DNA of 64,000 bases from NCBI GenBank assembly GCA_951406725.2, contig OX597817.1, forward strand, positions 59,644,001 through 59,708,000, written 5' to 3'. This document shows positions 1-13,709 of this stretch, piece by piece. The first letter of the stretch is position 1. Every line of letters starts with the position of its first letter. Origin of the DNA: Octopus vulgaris (Eukaryota). The notes under the pieces were generated by a model. It was not told the DNA's origin, did not search any database, and was given only the letters and a program-made list of their open reading frames with translations. Position numbers and translations under genes: made by a program.

Positions 1-621
1 CCACTGGGCCATTGCACCTCCACAACTTCACATTTACCTGGTAGATAAACAACAGATGATTTGATTTCTGTCACTAGTTCTGTATTTTTTCACTTCTAAG
101 TCATTTACAAATGTTTACTAATTAACATGTATGTATGCTTATGTTTGTGACACTCACACACACACACACACACACCTTGATCATCTACTGCAGAAGACCA
201 CTAAAGATCACAGTGTTCAGATTCATAGACAGAAGCATGAAACTATTGTATGGATATAACAACAGTTACTAAATGCACTTTGTGTGTGTGTGTGTGTATG
301 TGAGTAAGCTGCAGGGAGCCTGGTTAAATGTTTCTTGTAAAACACCAAAATACTCATTATGAACTTGTTAAATTGTGTTGTATAGCATTTTATATATGTG
401 TGTGTGTGTGTATATATTTGTGTAGTACCTGTAGTTATTTTTGTACCAGAGTTTCACAGAAGTATCCAGGTGTTTAGACACAATTATCTCCAAATAACTT
501 TTTGCAGGTTTATTATTACATCTAACATATGATTAAAACTGTATTATTAAAAATGCAGCAATGGCCATGAAATATATATATGTATACACGCACACACATT
601 TTTTTCTCCTTTATATTTCAG

Positions 622-888
622 GTAAGAATGCAAGCAGTCCAACTTCAGAGCACGGCCATTCCTTCAACACTTCAGTCACAGACATTTCCCAGCATCATGG
701 CAACGTCTCAGTCAGTCAGCTCACCAACCACAAAGATAAACACAATATCGGCACCAACAGTTGCACCTAGCGGCACCAAAAACCTCAAAGTGAACACCTC
801 CAACAATATCATAATTCCTTCAGGACCATTTATACTCACAAAAGCTTCTCAGGGTCATCTTCAGCTGAACGCGACAAAACAGATGTAA
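622..888 (+). CDS. Probable terminal coding exon of an unidentified upstream gene (S/T/P/Q-rich low-complexity C-terminus)
   Basis: Strong pyrimidine tract + CAG at 601-621, then an open frame VRMQAVQLQSTAIPSTLQSQ...NATKQM* in non-repetitive sequence. A second frame is open to 770, so the frame is uncertain. Confidence 0.45.
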   Translation, partial: VRMQAVQLQSTAIPSTLQSQTFPSIMATSQSVSSPTTKINTISAPTVAPSGTKNLKVNTSNNIIIPSGPFILTKASQGHLQLNATKQM

Positions 889-2888
889 CAACACTTAGTC
901 ATTATTGTTATTATTAATTATTAGTATTATTATTATTATTATTATTATTATTTTTATTACTATTATTAATTATCATTATTATTATTAGTGTGGCGGATTG
1001 GCAGAAATGTTAGAATGTTGGATAAAATACCTTGTGGTGTTTAGCTACGGCCCTTCACATTCTCAGTTCAAACCCCACTGCAATCAACTTTGCCTTTCAT
1101 TGTTCTGGGTCAATGAAATAAGTTACCGATCAAGTACTGGGGCAATGAAGAAATAAATCATTAGTCAATTCTAGGGGCCAATGTAACTGACTGGCCCCTC
1201 CCCACAAAACTGCACTCATGTGTCTGTAGGCAGAATGTTTAGAGTTGAACCAAATACTTTGTACGATTTCTTTCAGTTCTTTACGTTGTGAGTTCAAATC
1301 CAGCCAAGATCAACTTTGCCTTTCATCCCACCTAGAGTCAATGATATAAAAATAACAGTCAATTACTGGGGTTGATTCAGTCATCCAAACCCTTCCCCCA
1401 CCTCTCCAATCTTGGGGCTTGTACCTATATTAACAATAGTTGTTATGGTTATTGCTTGCTCTGTTCTGCAGAGAAATGGCAGGACTGATAAAGCACCATA
1501 CTAGTTGTGGCAGCAGTTTTTAGTGTGACCAGGGCCTCCATTTGGCAAGGTGGAGCCAAACTAGTTTTGGATCATGGGATGAGAGCAGGCGTGGCTGTGT
1601 GGTGAAGGAACTCGCTTCCCGACCACATTGGTTTTGGGTTCAGTCTCACTGTGTGGCACCTTGGGCTGGTGTCGTCTAATAAAGCCTCTTGCCAATCAAA
1701 GCCTTGTGAGTGGATTTGGTTGGCAGAAACTGAAAGAAGCCCATTGTGTATTTGTAGTCTTATTTAGACATCATGTGATGTTCGTAACTGATCATCATCA
1801 TCATTCAAGTGAAGTTGCTCATTTCCAGTCTTTGAATAAATGTCTGACAATTACTTTGCTTGGAAAGAGGTCAACGTTGGCAACAGGAAAGGTACCCGGC
1901 GGTAGAGAAACTGCCTCATCAAATGGCCTCTAAGCCATGTCAGCATGGAAAGGGGACAGTAAATGATGCTGGTGATTGACATTTGTTTATTTTAGGGAGG
2001 CTCTCAGAAGATAGTCTTGGGCCCCAGACCAATGTGCTGGCTGAATCCCCCACTTCAGAGGCCCTGAGTTTTGTCCCTGTACATTCCACTTATAATTATG
2101 TCAGGCTCAACGTCTACCTTTAACTCTTACAGGGTCAGTATGTCACTTAGGGGTCACATCCAATTAAATACATTTCGCCCTTACAAATGTATGGCAGTGT
2201 GAGAGAATCTGGTTAGAAATGTTGTCACCAAAGACCACATCTTTGCACTTGTTTGAGCCTGAAATAATGCCTTTGAATTCCTCCAAACTTGCCTTTCTTT
2301 ATCTACAGCTAAGCTTTGTAGCCAAAATAAAGATTTCTCTTCTGAAACAGCAAACAAAAGCTATTGACTGCTTCCACCAACAAATAGCTACCAATTTCAA
2401 TTAACAGATGACTTGTCCAGGATAAAAATTGTTTCCTTTTCAAAGTTTATTTTAAAATGTTAATGAGATGGGATGAGAGATTTATCTTTAATTTTTGAAT
2501 GAATGAGTTTTTTAAAAAACTTCTTTAATCCCCCACCCATCCAGTTTTTAACAAAATTTTATTTTAATGAAACTGATCTGGCATTTTTTTTTGTGAATTT
2601 GTATGATTTGTTTATTTATTTTTCTTTTTTTTTTATATCTTCACAAAAACCTGTTTTCATAAGAAAACATTAATACATCCGCAATGGTAAGATTGCAGAA
2701 ATAGTTAAAATACACTGATTATATACATATATATACATATACACACACACATATATGCCTACTGACGTGTGTATGGGTATATATATATACATAAAATTTT
2801 TCTGAAGAAATTACTGTTTTCCTTTTTTCTTCCTGTGTTTGTTGATTTTTTTTTTTTCCTATGTTGATTTTTTTTTTTTTCTCTTTTG

Positions 2889-4112
2889 GGATCTTTTCTA
2901 TTCTGAAGCCAGGACCACAGATCTTTCTACTTAACTAAATAATCTGAAACTTCGTATGCTGATAGAGTCTAGCAAAACAAGACACAGGTTGGAACTAGTT
3001 TATTTGAGAAAAATCTATTTTATGACTTTAATCGTAGATTAAAACTGCGAATTTTAACCAATCAGATTGTTTGTTTTCATGTGTAAAACTTGACTGCATT
3101 CTATTAGTGTGACGTAGAAAGCGCTTTTGTGACGTACTAACGTTCGGAAAACTGTAAACAAACAAGGCAGACGAAATACGGCTACGCATTTCGCCCGGCG
3201 TGCTAACGTTTCTGCCAGCTCTTTGCTTTTTCAATATTAAATTTCGGCGAAGTTTCGCTTGTCGTAGCACAAGTTTTCCGTCGATTTCCGTAAAAAACTT
3301 TTATTTTTTTACATAAGTAATGAGAGCGAAAGAGACTAAGAGGAAGCGATTTTATGACGAGGGAAGTTTGTCTTTGAAGTTACCGTCTAGGGGAAACATT
3401 GATGTACATGTGTGTGTGTGTGTGTGTGTTTGATGGGGTGTGGGAGACAGTATGTTGTGTAAGTGAAGTGCTTCTGTTAGTGTGTGTGAAGAGACAGAGA
3501 GAGTAATGTGTGAAAGAGAGAGATAACTGAAATTTTTTACTCGGTGTATGTGTATATGTATGTCTGCATGTATGTGTGTGTGTGTATGTATCTATGTATG
3601 TATGGCCAATTCATCGTAATTACGATGAATCGGCCATACATACATACACACACACACATACTTACACATACATACACACACACATACATGCAGACATACA
3701 TATACACATACACCGAGTAAAAAATTTCAGTTATCTCTCTCTTTCACACATTACTCTCTCTGTCTCTTCACACACACTAACAGAAGCACTTCACTTACAC
3801 AACATACTGTCTCCCACACCCCATCAAACACACACACACACACACATGTACATCAATGCTTCCCCTAGACGGTAACTTCAAAGACAAACTTTTGTTATTA
3901 GAAGGTGGCTGACTATAGCTTGTTTACATTTAAGATGTTAAATACGTCACGAAATTGGTGGTCGAGACGGAGTAAATAAAATAAAGCCGAATGACGGAAT
4001 ATCATTGGTTAAAATTCTAATTTTTAAACAACGTTACCAGTATACGAAGTTTCAAATTGTTTGGTTCAGTAGGAAAAATTTGAAAAAACTGGCCTCAAAA
4101 TAGAAAAGATCC
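2889..4112. mobile_element. Non-autonomous DNA transposon, Merlin-like (GG-starting TIRs, 8-bp TSD)
   Basis: Ends are GGATCTTTTCTATT...AATAGAAAAGATCC, with imperfect inverted similarity over ~75 bp. CTCTTTTG is duplicated at 2881-2888 and 4113-4120. No transposase ORF. Confidence 0.65.
3364..3891. repeat. Near-perfect spacerless palindrome, ~260-bp arms
   Basis: Centre is GTAA|TTAC at 3619/3620. The arms are reverse complements apart from a few substitutions and microsatellite length differences. Confidence 0.95.
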
Positions 4113-7100
4113 CTCTTTTGTTTTCATAAAACAAGCATCAACTTTTAGAATTTTAACAAATTTGTTTCTTTCTTTGAACTGAATTTCATGTGGAAATTGA
4201 AAAGAAGTAAAAAAACTGAAAATAGCGAACAAACAAAACAAAGCAAACGAAAAACACAACCGCCGCAAAAACTCTGACTCCTGCGTTTCACCCCCACGAA
4301 GGTTTGAAACATCACAAAATGAATAAAGGACAACAACCTGGGAAGAATTTTCATTTGGCTAAAGAAACTTTATTATTATTATTATTATTATTGAAGGCAG
4401 TGAGCTGTCAGAATTATTAGCAATGCTGGGCAAAATGTTTGGGAAGCATTTTGTCTGCCTTTACAATTCTGGGTTCAAATTCTACCAAGGTTCACTTTAC
4501 CGTTCTTGATTGATAAAATAAGCACCAGTTGAAGACTGGGGTCGATACAATCGACTTAGCCACCCCTAAATTTGCTGGCCTAGTGCCAAAATTTGAAACC
4601 ATTATTATTATTTGTTTTTTTTTATTTTGTTTTTTGTTTTTTACACTCAGTCATCATACGGGGGCATTGCCCCAGCAAAGCCCTGGCAAACGTTGCCAAA
4701 GAATGTCAAATAAGATTTTATGTTTTGTAATTTTCATGTGACTTTTTCTTTTTTATTAACTTTCATCAAATGTCTTTGCTGTCATGTCTTCCTTATTTCC
4801 TCCCTCCTTTCATTTCTTTTATTCTTCTTTCTCATTGTTGTCTACCATTTCCTTATTTTCTCTCTCCTCCTCTGCTCTCTTTCCCTGCTTCACATCTTTT
4901 TTTTTCTCCATCTCCCTTACTGTGCTCCATGCTCAACAACAGCAACACCACCAGCAAGAGACTCTGGCTGGACAACATCCAGAAAGACCTGAATTCCGTT
5001 TAACCAAAACCTTTCCTGGCGCCTTTTTTGCTTCGATAAAAGCAAAGCAACTCTCCAGCAAAGATCAAGCTGATAGAATTAAGTCCCATAATCAATGAAG
5101 GCTGTTTAAATTGTTTTAACAATCTCGTTAAAATATACGAGGTCAGTGCAGACAGGGTCGGGTGGTCATCAAGCTCGCTTTGCAGCCACATGGTTTCAGG
5201 GTCAGTCCCACATCTTAAGCAGGTGTCAGCTTTAACCCTGGGCTGACCAATGCAATGGTCAGAAATTCTGTTGAAGTCTCTTTTGTGTATGTTTGCCCCT
5301 CCACCACTTGACAGCTAGTGTTAGTTTGTTTACATCCCTGTGACTTAGCAGTTCGGCAGTAGAGTCCAGTAGAATAAATACCAGGCTTTAAAGAAGAAAA
5401 AAAGTAGCAGAGACAATTTGTTCAACTCAAAGGGCATCCAGCTGTAGAAACTTTGCCAGATCAGATTGGAGACTGGTGCAGCCTTCTGGCAGCATGGAAA
5501 GCGGACATTAAAAGATGATGATGAAGAATCCTTCATGGCAGTGCTCCAGCATGGCCATAGACATCCAGTGACTGAAATGAGTAAAAGATATGTTGAAGGA
5601 GAAATAGACAAAAGTTTCTATTAATTAATTAATGTACAACAGTAGCCCCTTGTGGGTAGTAAAGAAATAGGTGTAGGCTTTTTGCTACCAGTTTGTTTGT
5701 TTTGCTTGGACAAGTGAACACAGCAGAAGAAATTTTCAATTTATTTATGAAACAAATATTTCAGTTTTTTGCTTAAAATTTATTGGGCTGTCACATAAAG
5801 TCATATGGGTTTTTTTTTCTATTTCTATATGGCACTCTGAAAAAACTAAAGTTTATTCAAATTTCAAAAATTGATGAACAAAAGTTTGAGAGGAAGAATA
5901 GAGTTTTAAAAAAAAAGCCTCCATAAAACACTATAATAAAAATATGTTTTGTCTTGATTCAAATAATATTGGAAAGGATTAAATTAAATGGAAGGGAAAA
6001 TAAGTTAATTTATCAAAGAACCCAATACAATACTTCGAAGCTGGTCGCAGGTGACCTGATCCCAATGATTGCAAAAGAATGGACTCTGATAAAGGAACCA
6101 ATGTCATGATGCTAAATTTGGCAACAATTCTTCCATCCAAGAGGTGGTTCAGCCCCTCTGATGAGCTTCTACGCAGCTTCCTTCAACCAAATTTTATTCA
6201 CAAGATCTTGCTCAACCCAAGGCTACAATAGAAGATACGCAACGCCGGCCCAGGATGGTTATCTTTTTATATAAGAGACGTGTGTGTGTATACACATGCG
6301 TAACTGCCTGCGTGCACGTACACAAATACGTTTAGTCTTACAAATGGCAGAAAAAGAAAGAGAGAGCTCAACACATAAAGTAAATCAAATCATTCACTGG
6401 CTGCCATTGTTACAAGAGTGACTTGAGAGCTTAGAGTTTTGTGCGAAGGCATTTGTTAAACTCAAGTGACTTGGGTATGAAATTCTAGGCCCTCGAGTTA
6501 CTGCTGTGGCAACGGCTGTGTAGTTAAGAAGTTTGCTTTACAAGCACATGGTTTTGGGTTCTGTGACATTTAGTGACATTTTCACATATTATCTTCTGCA
6601 GGGTATACATGTGCTGTTGTGTGCATGTGTCTCCTTAACTTGATATTACATGCTACTTGTCAACAAACGTCACCATTATGCAAATGATGTCATTTCTTTG
6701 CAATCTTCCATGAAAAACTCCAAATTAGAGAAAAAAATAATTTTGCTTGCAAACAGGTTTTGGATGGTGATAGAAAATCTGTCCCATTTGAATCATGGAA
6801 AATTAGACATTAAAATGATGATATATATATATTGCGATTGTTTATTACATTTAAATAATAATAATAATAATAAGCAGAGTTTAAGGAAACTGATGATGTT
6901 TGTCTCAGCAAACATTATATTGTGAATTTGGTGAGTTTGGAAAAACTCATGCTTTGGAAAGTAGAGAACAGACTTTTTGGAATTTATTCTTTTGTTGTCA
7001 TGAAGCCTTGGATATTAATGTCATGAGTCCTAGAATTCGGGGCTGGTTACTCGATTTCCATGGCATATAAGTGTCTGAATTCACATCATTCCCTTGGAAT

Positions 7101-7308
7101 AAGATACTATTTCAATGTATTTACAGCTGAATGGAGTGGAACAGCATGAAATGTAATTATTTGCTCAAGAACACGACAAACCACCCAGTCCAGGAATTGA
7201 AACCACATTCTTGCAATTGTGAGTGTAACAACACCATCATTCTTTGCCTGAAAGAAAGAAACCATAGCATTTTTCAGTTAGATTAATCATCACTACCTTG
7301 AACCTCCT

Positions 7309-7660
7309 CATCATCATCATCGTTTAACGTCAGCTTTCCATGCTAGCATGGGTTGGACGGTTTGACCGGGGTCTGGGAAACCAGGAGGCTGCACCAGGCT
7401 CCCGTCTGATCTGGCAGTGTTTCTACAGCTTGATGCCCTTCCTAACGCCAACCACTCCGTGAGTGTAGTGGGTGCTTTTACGTGCCACCAGCGCAGGTGC
7501 CAGGGGAGGCTGGCAGTGGCCACGATCAGTTGGTGCTTTTTACGTGCCACTGGCACGGAAGCCAGTCAAGGCGGCGCTGTCATCGGCCACGTTCGGATGG
7601 TGCTTTTTACGTGCCACCGGCACAGGGATCACAACTACAAATTCTATTTGATATTAATTT
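7309..7660 (-). mobile_element. RTE LINE 3'-end copy with (GAT)n tail (representative; others near 8250, 22853, 39610, 40670, 44560, 46835, 51075)
   Basis: Same sequence as the 3' UTR of the RT-bearing RTE copy at 27991-29900; ends GACGTTAAACGATGATGATG on the minus strand. Confidence 0.8.
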
Positions 7661-9091
7661 TGATGTTGATAAGAAAGAAATGAATGTTCTCTCTCTCTCT
7701 CCTTCCTCTCTCCCAAGAAGTGTCAATCTGAAACAGCATACAGACTTATTCAAAGTTAGAAACTACACCTTCAAAAATAATCTCACTCCAGTTGACAGAA
7801 AAGCACTTGCTAACAATCGAACAGTCACTTAAATCCAGAAATATTCCACACAAACGTTTAATATGAGGATGATAATTAACAGAGGCACTGGTACCATACA
7901 AGAGGTTATACAATAAAATAGTGGAAGCCAGGTTGTAATATATATATATTAGGGAGTAGAACTCCAAACTTACAGGGAAAAATTCAATTTGGTATGAGTT
8001 GCATAATAGTGGTTTTATCTCTAATTTATATTTTATATATATATATATGTCTATATATATATATATATATATATATCAGAATCTGAAATAATTATTATGA
8101 GTTATTGTATAATAATGATACAAAGGTCTATAATGAAGGGGATAGCAAGTAAAATAGTACAAAGGACTTATAGTGATACAATCAGTACTATAGAAATAAA
8201 GGTGATATATTATTAATGAAGGGCATATAGGTATGTATATAGATCATTACCATCATTGTTTAACGTCTGCCTTCCAAGCTGGCATGGGTGGGACAGCTTG
8301 ACAGAATCTGGCCTGGCAGAAGACTGCACCATGCTTCTGTGTCTGTTTTGGCAGGATTTTTACAGTTGGATGCCCTTCCTAACACCAACCACTCAGCAGA
8401 GTGGACTTAGTAATGCTTTGGAATTTTTTTATCATGGATAAAAGAAAGAATTTGTGTTTTTTTTCAAGATATACTACCAGTTTGAATCACTTTATAGAAA
8501 GGTGATATAGAAAGTATGTTTGGTAAGCAGGAAAACTGAACTGAGAAACTGGATTTAAATGCCAGTGCACGCAACTCTCAGCCATTGTGTTACAAAGTAA
8601 CTCAATGGCTGGTCATATATATCTCAAATATGTTTGACAGGATTACATGTTAATGGAATTCAAAAGGATTTTCTGCAATCACCTGTATGGTTGACTGTTG
8701 TCATTAACAGGTGAGTACAAGATTGAGACGACTGTTGGCCATAATAATGTTGAGTCTGCAAATTCTTTAGGTCTGGGATGCGTAATCCTGTCTGGCTTAC
8801 CAAAACAATAAACCTATTTGCATCAGACAAGACTGACACATTTCTAACATGATGCTGCAATGAGCATTTTTCTGTTTACATACCATCAAATATATAAGGA
8901 AGGAATGGAGTAGCTGCTGTTTCATTTATACGCATTCCATGATTTGTGTGACAAATTAAACATAATGTATACAGACATTGATATATTCATATTACATAAT
9001 AAACCTTCACAGTCATTTAATCACAACCAAACAAATATAATACATAGTACACATGTATATATATATGTATATATATATATTCAGAATTACA

Positions 9092-9426
9092 GGGATGTAC
9101 TTGCATAGTAAATGACCTGATCTGAGATCGTGTGCTGCAATGAAAACAATTGCAGCATGAAAGGTGTTTATAACCCATTTAAAACATAAAATCCGTTAGA
9201 TTCACTTCAACATTTAAATTCAATTTGCCAAAATATTTTCATCGCTTTGAGACCGTGACCTGTTCAGTGACAAAATTGAGATGCAGCACAGAATTTTGTC
9301 AGTGAACCGGTAGTGGTCTCAAAGTGACAAAAGTTTTGGCAAATTAAATTTAAATGTTGAACTGAATCTAACGGATTTTGTGTTTTTAAATGGCTTATAA
9401 ACACCTTCCACGCTGAAATTGTTTTT
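9092..9426. mobile_element. Fold-back element family B, copy 1
   Basis: Inverted arms of ~135 bp plus a ~50-bp one-sided extension; homologous to 26727-27054 and 46392-46690. Confidence 0.8.
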
Positions 9427-9449
9427 ATATATATTCACATTTAGCAGAA

Positions 9450-9740
9450 GCAACAGAGTGACTCCAGATCTATTTCATGCATTGACACTTGTCAAACTAG
9501 TCACAAATGGAGAAGCTATAAATTTATGTACCGGTAATAATGGTTTTCCCCCTGGATAGTTCTGGAATGCCATGTGGATAATTCATAATTTTCCTGTGTT
9601 GCCGTTTGATATGTTTTTATAATTTATTCCAGAACTATCCAGGGAAATACCATTGTCACTGGTATATAAATTTTGTAACCTCTTGAGTAGTAACTAGTTT
9701 GATAAGGGCTAACACAAAACTCTGAGTCACTCTGTTATTT
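9450..9740. repeat. Degenerate fold-back element (family C)
   Basis: CAGAGTGACTC...CCTGGATAGTTCTGGAAT is mirrored by ATTCCAGAACTATCCAGG...GAGTCACTCTG. Confidence 0.7.
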
Positions 9741-9810
9741 ACGCTAGATATTGATAAAAAGTATGTACTCATCCATTCAGTTCTACCTTTTTTTGTTTGC
9801 ATTGCCAAAC

Positions 9811-9987
9811 ATATATATATCTATGTGTATATATGTATGTATATATATATGTGTATGTGTATATATGTATGTATATATATATATATATGTGTGTGTGTGT
9901 ATGTGTATATATGAATGTGTATGTGTATATATATATGCATGTGTGTATATTTATATATATGTATGTGTATGTATATATATATATATG
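9811..9987. repeat. (TA/TG) compound microsatellite
   Basis: Direct reading of the sequence. Confidence 0.95.
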
Positions 9988-10723
9988 TAATAAATGAACA
10001 TAAGATTTTAATATTAAACACTAAACACTTGTAAATGCTAATTTGAGGTTGAAAAAGAACAAAGAACCATTTACCTCTTGATTACAGGTGAGATGAGCAA
10101 CTTTTGCTTGCTATACTTAATTTGCACAAGAAAACAGTGCCAAGTCAGTGGGGATTTAATGATACCATATTTGCCCCACACAAGATGGCTTGATGACTTT
10201 ATTGTTCTTTCTCAGTCTAAAATTATTTATAAACGTTTATTGGTTATACACTAATTCATATTTATGTATGCATATATATAAAATTTATATAAACAATATT
10301 ATCACAAAAAATATTGGTAAAAACACTTGTTTTCTCCCCAAGAATTCTGTTTTATTCTGAGAATTTATTTTTGTTTTTAAAAAAAAGTGACAAATCCAAC
10401 CCAACACCATTCTCTCCTCCTACCCCTCCCCCCACACACAAAATTTTCTTGTTATGTTTGACTGGAAGTCTTTTAAATAACATTGTGAAAATTAAGTTTT
10501 ACTTTTATAAATATTCTTTCATCAACCCTCTGTAAATTCTTGATTCATTTTCCTTTTTCTACTTTTTCTATTCTTGTTTTTTTTTTTTCTTTAATGCTGT
10601 TCCAGTTTTCCCCTTCATCTGACACAGACCCTTCTTCCACTTCAAGGCAATATTGAGGGTGGGGGCCAGATCAATAGAGAGCACTGTTACTTTTGTGTAA
10701 CTTGCTGGTCAGCCCTGCTCCTG

Positions 10724-11272
10724 TAATAATAATGAAATTATTATATACAGTGCTCAGGTGCCCCACAACTTGTCAAAAGTGTGTATAAAGCATATGCAGT
10801 AATATACAAATGCCTGGGAAGTGAACAGTGTATGAGTCAGATACATGCTTGCTTGTGTGTGTGAAGGGGAGAAAATCAGGTGTAGTGTTGACAAATCTCA
10901 GGAAGCATGGAGGTTTTGAAGGATGCAGTGCTCCGACAACTAACAACTGATGCCCGCAGATTGTTACATGCTCCAGCAACTCTTAGCGTGAAAAAATGTT
11001 TCCTAAAGTCATGGGAGCTGTGCTGTTTTCTGACTTTGTAAACATGTCCACGGGTGTTAGACAGGTGGAGTTTGAAAAGGTACTCAGAGTTATTGTTTGT
11101 AAGATTGTTAATAATTTTATGGGTGTCTGCCAAGTCAGCTGCCAGACATCAGAGTTTCAATGTATCCATGCCCAGGGAAGTAAGGCGTTCAGAATATGGC
11201 AAATGCCTGATGGAGGGTATTCTCTTGGTTGCACGTCGCTGAACAGCTTCCAGACGGTTAATATCCTGGGTA
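10724..11272 (-). mobile_element. 5'-truncated CR1/L2-group LINE (ORF2 C-terminus + 3' UTR, (ATT)n tail)
   Basis: LEAVQRRATKRIP...YSERL and TRGHVYKV...FFTLRV motifs are typical of the CR1-group ORF2 end; frameshifted. Confidence 0.85.
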
Positions 11273-11525
11273 AGATTTGTGGCATTGTTTGTGTGGTAAA
11301 CAGAATTTGAAAGAAGCCCATCGCATGTGTATGCTTGTGTCTCCTTGTCTTGACGTTGCATGAATGTTGTAAATGAATGTCATCCATTTCCATTATTCTG
11401 CAAAAACATGTCTGGCCATGGAGAAATAATACCGTGATTGGAAACCGGCAATTGTTGGTGACAGGAAGGGCATCCAGCTGTAGAAAATCTGCTTCAATAA
11501 ACTCTATCCAGATGTTATATACAAA

Positions 11526-11753
11526 GGCGGCGATCTGGCAGAAACATTAGCACGCTGGGTGAAATGCTAAGTGGTATTTCGTCTGTCTGTACATTCTGAG
11601 TTCAAATTCCACCGAGGTTGACTTTGCCCGTCATCCTTTCGGGGTCAATAAATTAAGTACCAGTTATGCACTGGGGTCGATATAATCGACTTAATCACTT
11701 TGTCCTTGTTTGTCCCCTCTATGTTTAGCCCCTTGTGGGTAGTAAAGAAATAA
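11526..11753 (+). mobile_element. tRNA-derived SINE family 2 with Nin/Deu-like central domain (representative; others near 990, 4396, 13372, 26456, 47770)
   Basis: Head GGCGGCGAGCTGGCAGAA, B-box-like GAGTTCAAATTC, central CATCCTTTCGGGGTC-ATAAATTAAGTACCAG, tail GCCCCTTGTGGGTAGTAAAGAAATA. Confidence 0.8.
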
Positions 11754-13171
11754 GATGTTCTCTACTAATGCCGTAAGCTGAATCCTTGCTAATGGCTTTG
11801 TAATATTTGAATCATTCACACGTCATCTTTGTTGTTATGTCATTTTTCTATGCTTGCATAAGTTGAAGGAAATTTGTTAAGACACATTTTCTACAACTGG
11901 ATGTCTTTCCTGCCACTGACTCTCACCCGTTTCCAAGCAACGGGATATTTCCCTGCGGCCAGACATGTTTTTGCAGAATATTGGAAATGAATAGCATTCA
12001 TTTATAACAGTTACAAGATGTGAAGGCAAAGAGACCTAAATACACAAACACACACACACGCGGTCCACCAAATCTAGCCTGACAGCTGTAGTTCACACTC
12101 GCCCAAGGTGCCAATGCAGTGAGACTGAATTCAAGACTCCAGGGGGAGCCAACAATCTCTGGACTGTATATTGAATAGCCACAGAACCTTGACTTCTCTT
12201 TGATCACCAGACTTAGTGCTAGACACATCTGTGTGTTGAGTGCACATAGAGTTTGCTACACCTGGCCCAAGGTACCAAATGCCTTAGAGAAGCAATCAGG
12301 TACCTTATAGTTATTAAGTCACACCACACGTACATGACCTGCTTTTACACAAGAAGTAAACCTAGGTGACGTCAGAAATTCTCTCGTACATTTTAATTTA
12401 CCTTCTACAGATGGAACGGGACAAGGCAAAGTAATATGTCCTCATTCTTCATTTATGTTCTGCTTCAACCAAAGCATGTTGTGAAGCAAACTTCTTCACC
12501 TCACAGCCACATCTGCACCTATTATGTTGTGTGGACATGTGTGATTGTGGCTTCTGGATGCCCTTATTAATATCATTTACACAAAGATGATGATGCTGTT
12601 GCATTCCCCTGTAAAACAAATGTACTTTAAGGACCAGTAAAATAAAAGATAATTTACAGGAAAACAAGAAAGGACTGGCAATAGAAAGAGATTCGACGGA
12701 AAATTTGCACTGATGACTCGTCCAACCCATGCCAGCATGGAAAAACACAAAAGACCGTGTAAACATAAAAACGATCCTGTTGATAACCTCTTTTCTGTTC
12801 AGATACAGAAGTTTAGGTAAGTAATCAAGTGTATGGAACCCTTGGATAAGGAACTGCAGAGAATATGTAAAATCAGATGATGAACATTGATTTCTTAAGC
12901 AAGGCTCTCAGTCCTTTTGCTGCAAGATACTTTTCCTGTCACTAACTCTCTTAGTTACCTCTTACAACATGCTTCCTTCAGTAGCATTTTAAACTGAATG
13001 TTTTTTTTACACCTCTTAGAAATCAAAACTTTGAGTTCACACCCAGCATAGGGAAGCATATGTGTGATTAGGTCCTCAAAGTTTGAACCAAGAAAAACAG
13101 AATAAGACATAAGGCAGATGATTGTGGAAGATAAAAATTTGGATAATTTGATTTATCTTTATTATTATTAA

Positions 13172-13367
13172 CCCTTTCGTTACCAAACCTGCTCTGGCTC
13201 TGAGTACAAATGTCTTGTTTACATAAGTCTTGAATTAAATTCTTCCATCAAACCTTAGTCACAATTTATGTTCCTAACACTAAATTTATTTTACTAAATT
13301 CTTTGTTCTATTTAAAGTAATTGAAAGAAACACAGAGCATCTTAACAGGAATATGGTAACGAAAGGG
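13172..13367. mobile_element. piggyBac-type MITE
   Basis: TTAA|CCCTTTCGTTACCA ... TGGTAACGAAAGGG|TTAA; related copies at 35593-35779 and ~43060-43278. Confidence 0.85.
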
Positions 13368-13709
13368 TTAAGGCAGCAAACTGGCAGAATTGTTAGCATG
13401 CTGGACAAAATGCTTAGCAGCATTTTGTCTGTCTCCATGTTCTGAGTTCAAATTCCACCGAGGTCGACTTTGCCTCTCATCCTTTCAGGGTTGATTAAAT
13501 AAGTACCAGTTATGCACTGGGGTCAATGTAATCAACTTTCCTCCTCCCCTCAAATTTCAGGCTTTGTGCCTATATCAGAAAGGATTATTATTATAGTTCA
13601 CTATAAGCCCATGAAACAGAGGATCAAAGTAATAATGTATACATTGCTTCACACTTGAATGTAAAGGCCATTCTCTGCTGGATTTTGTCTTCAACATTTT
13701 CTCTCTCTA

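Noticed and set aside
4720-5098. Hydrophobic ORFs resembling membrane proteins
   Set aside because: A pyrimidine-rich low-complexity tract open in all three frames, adjoining a LINE-like scrap.
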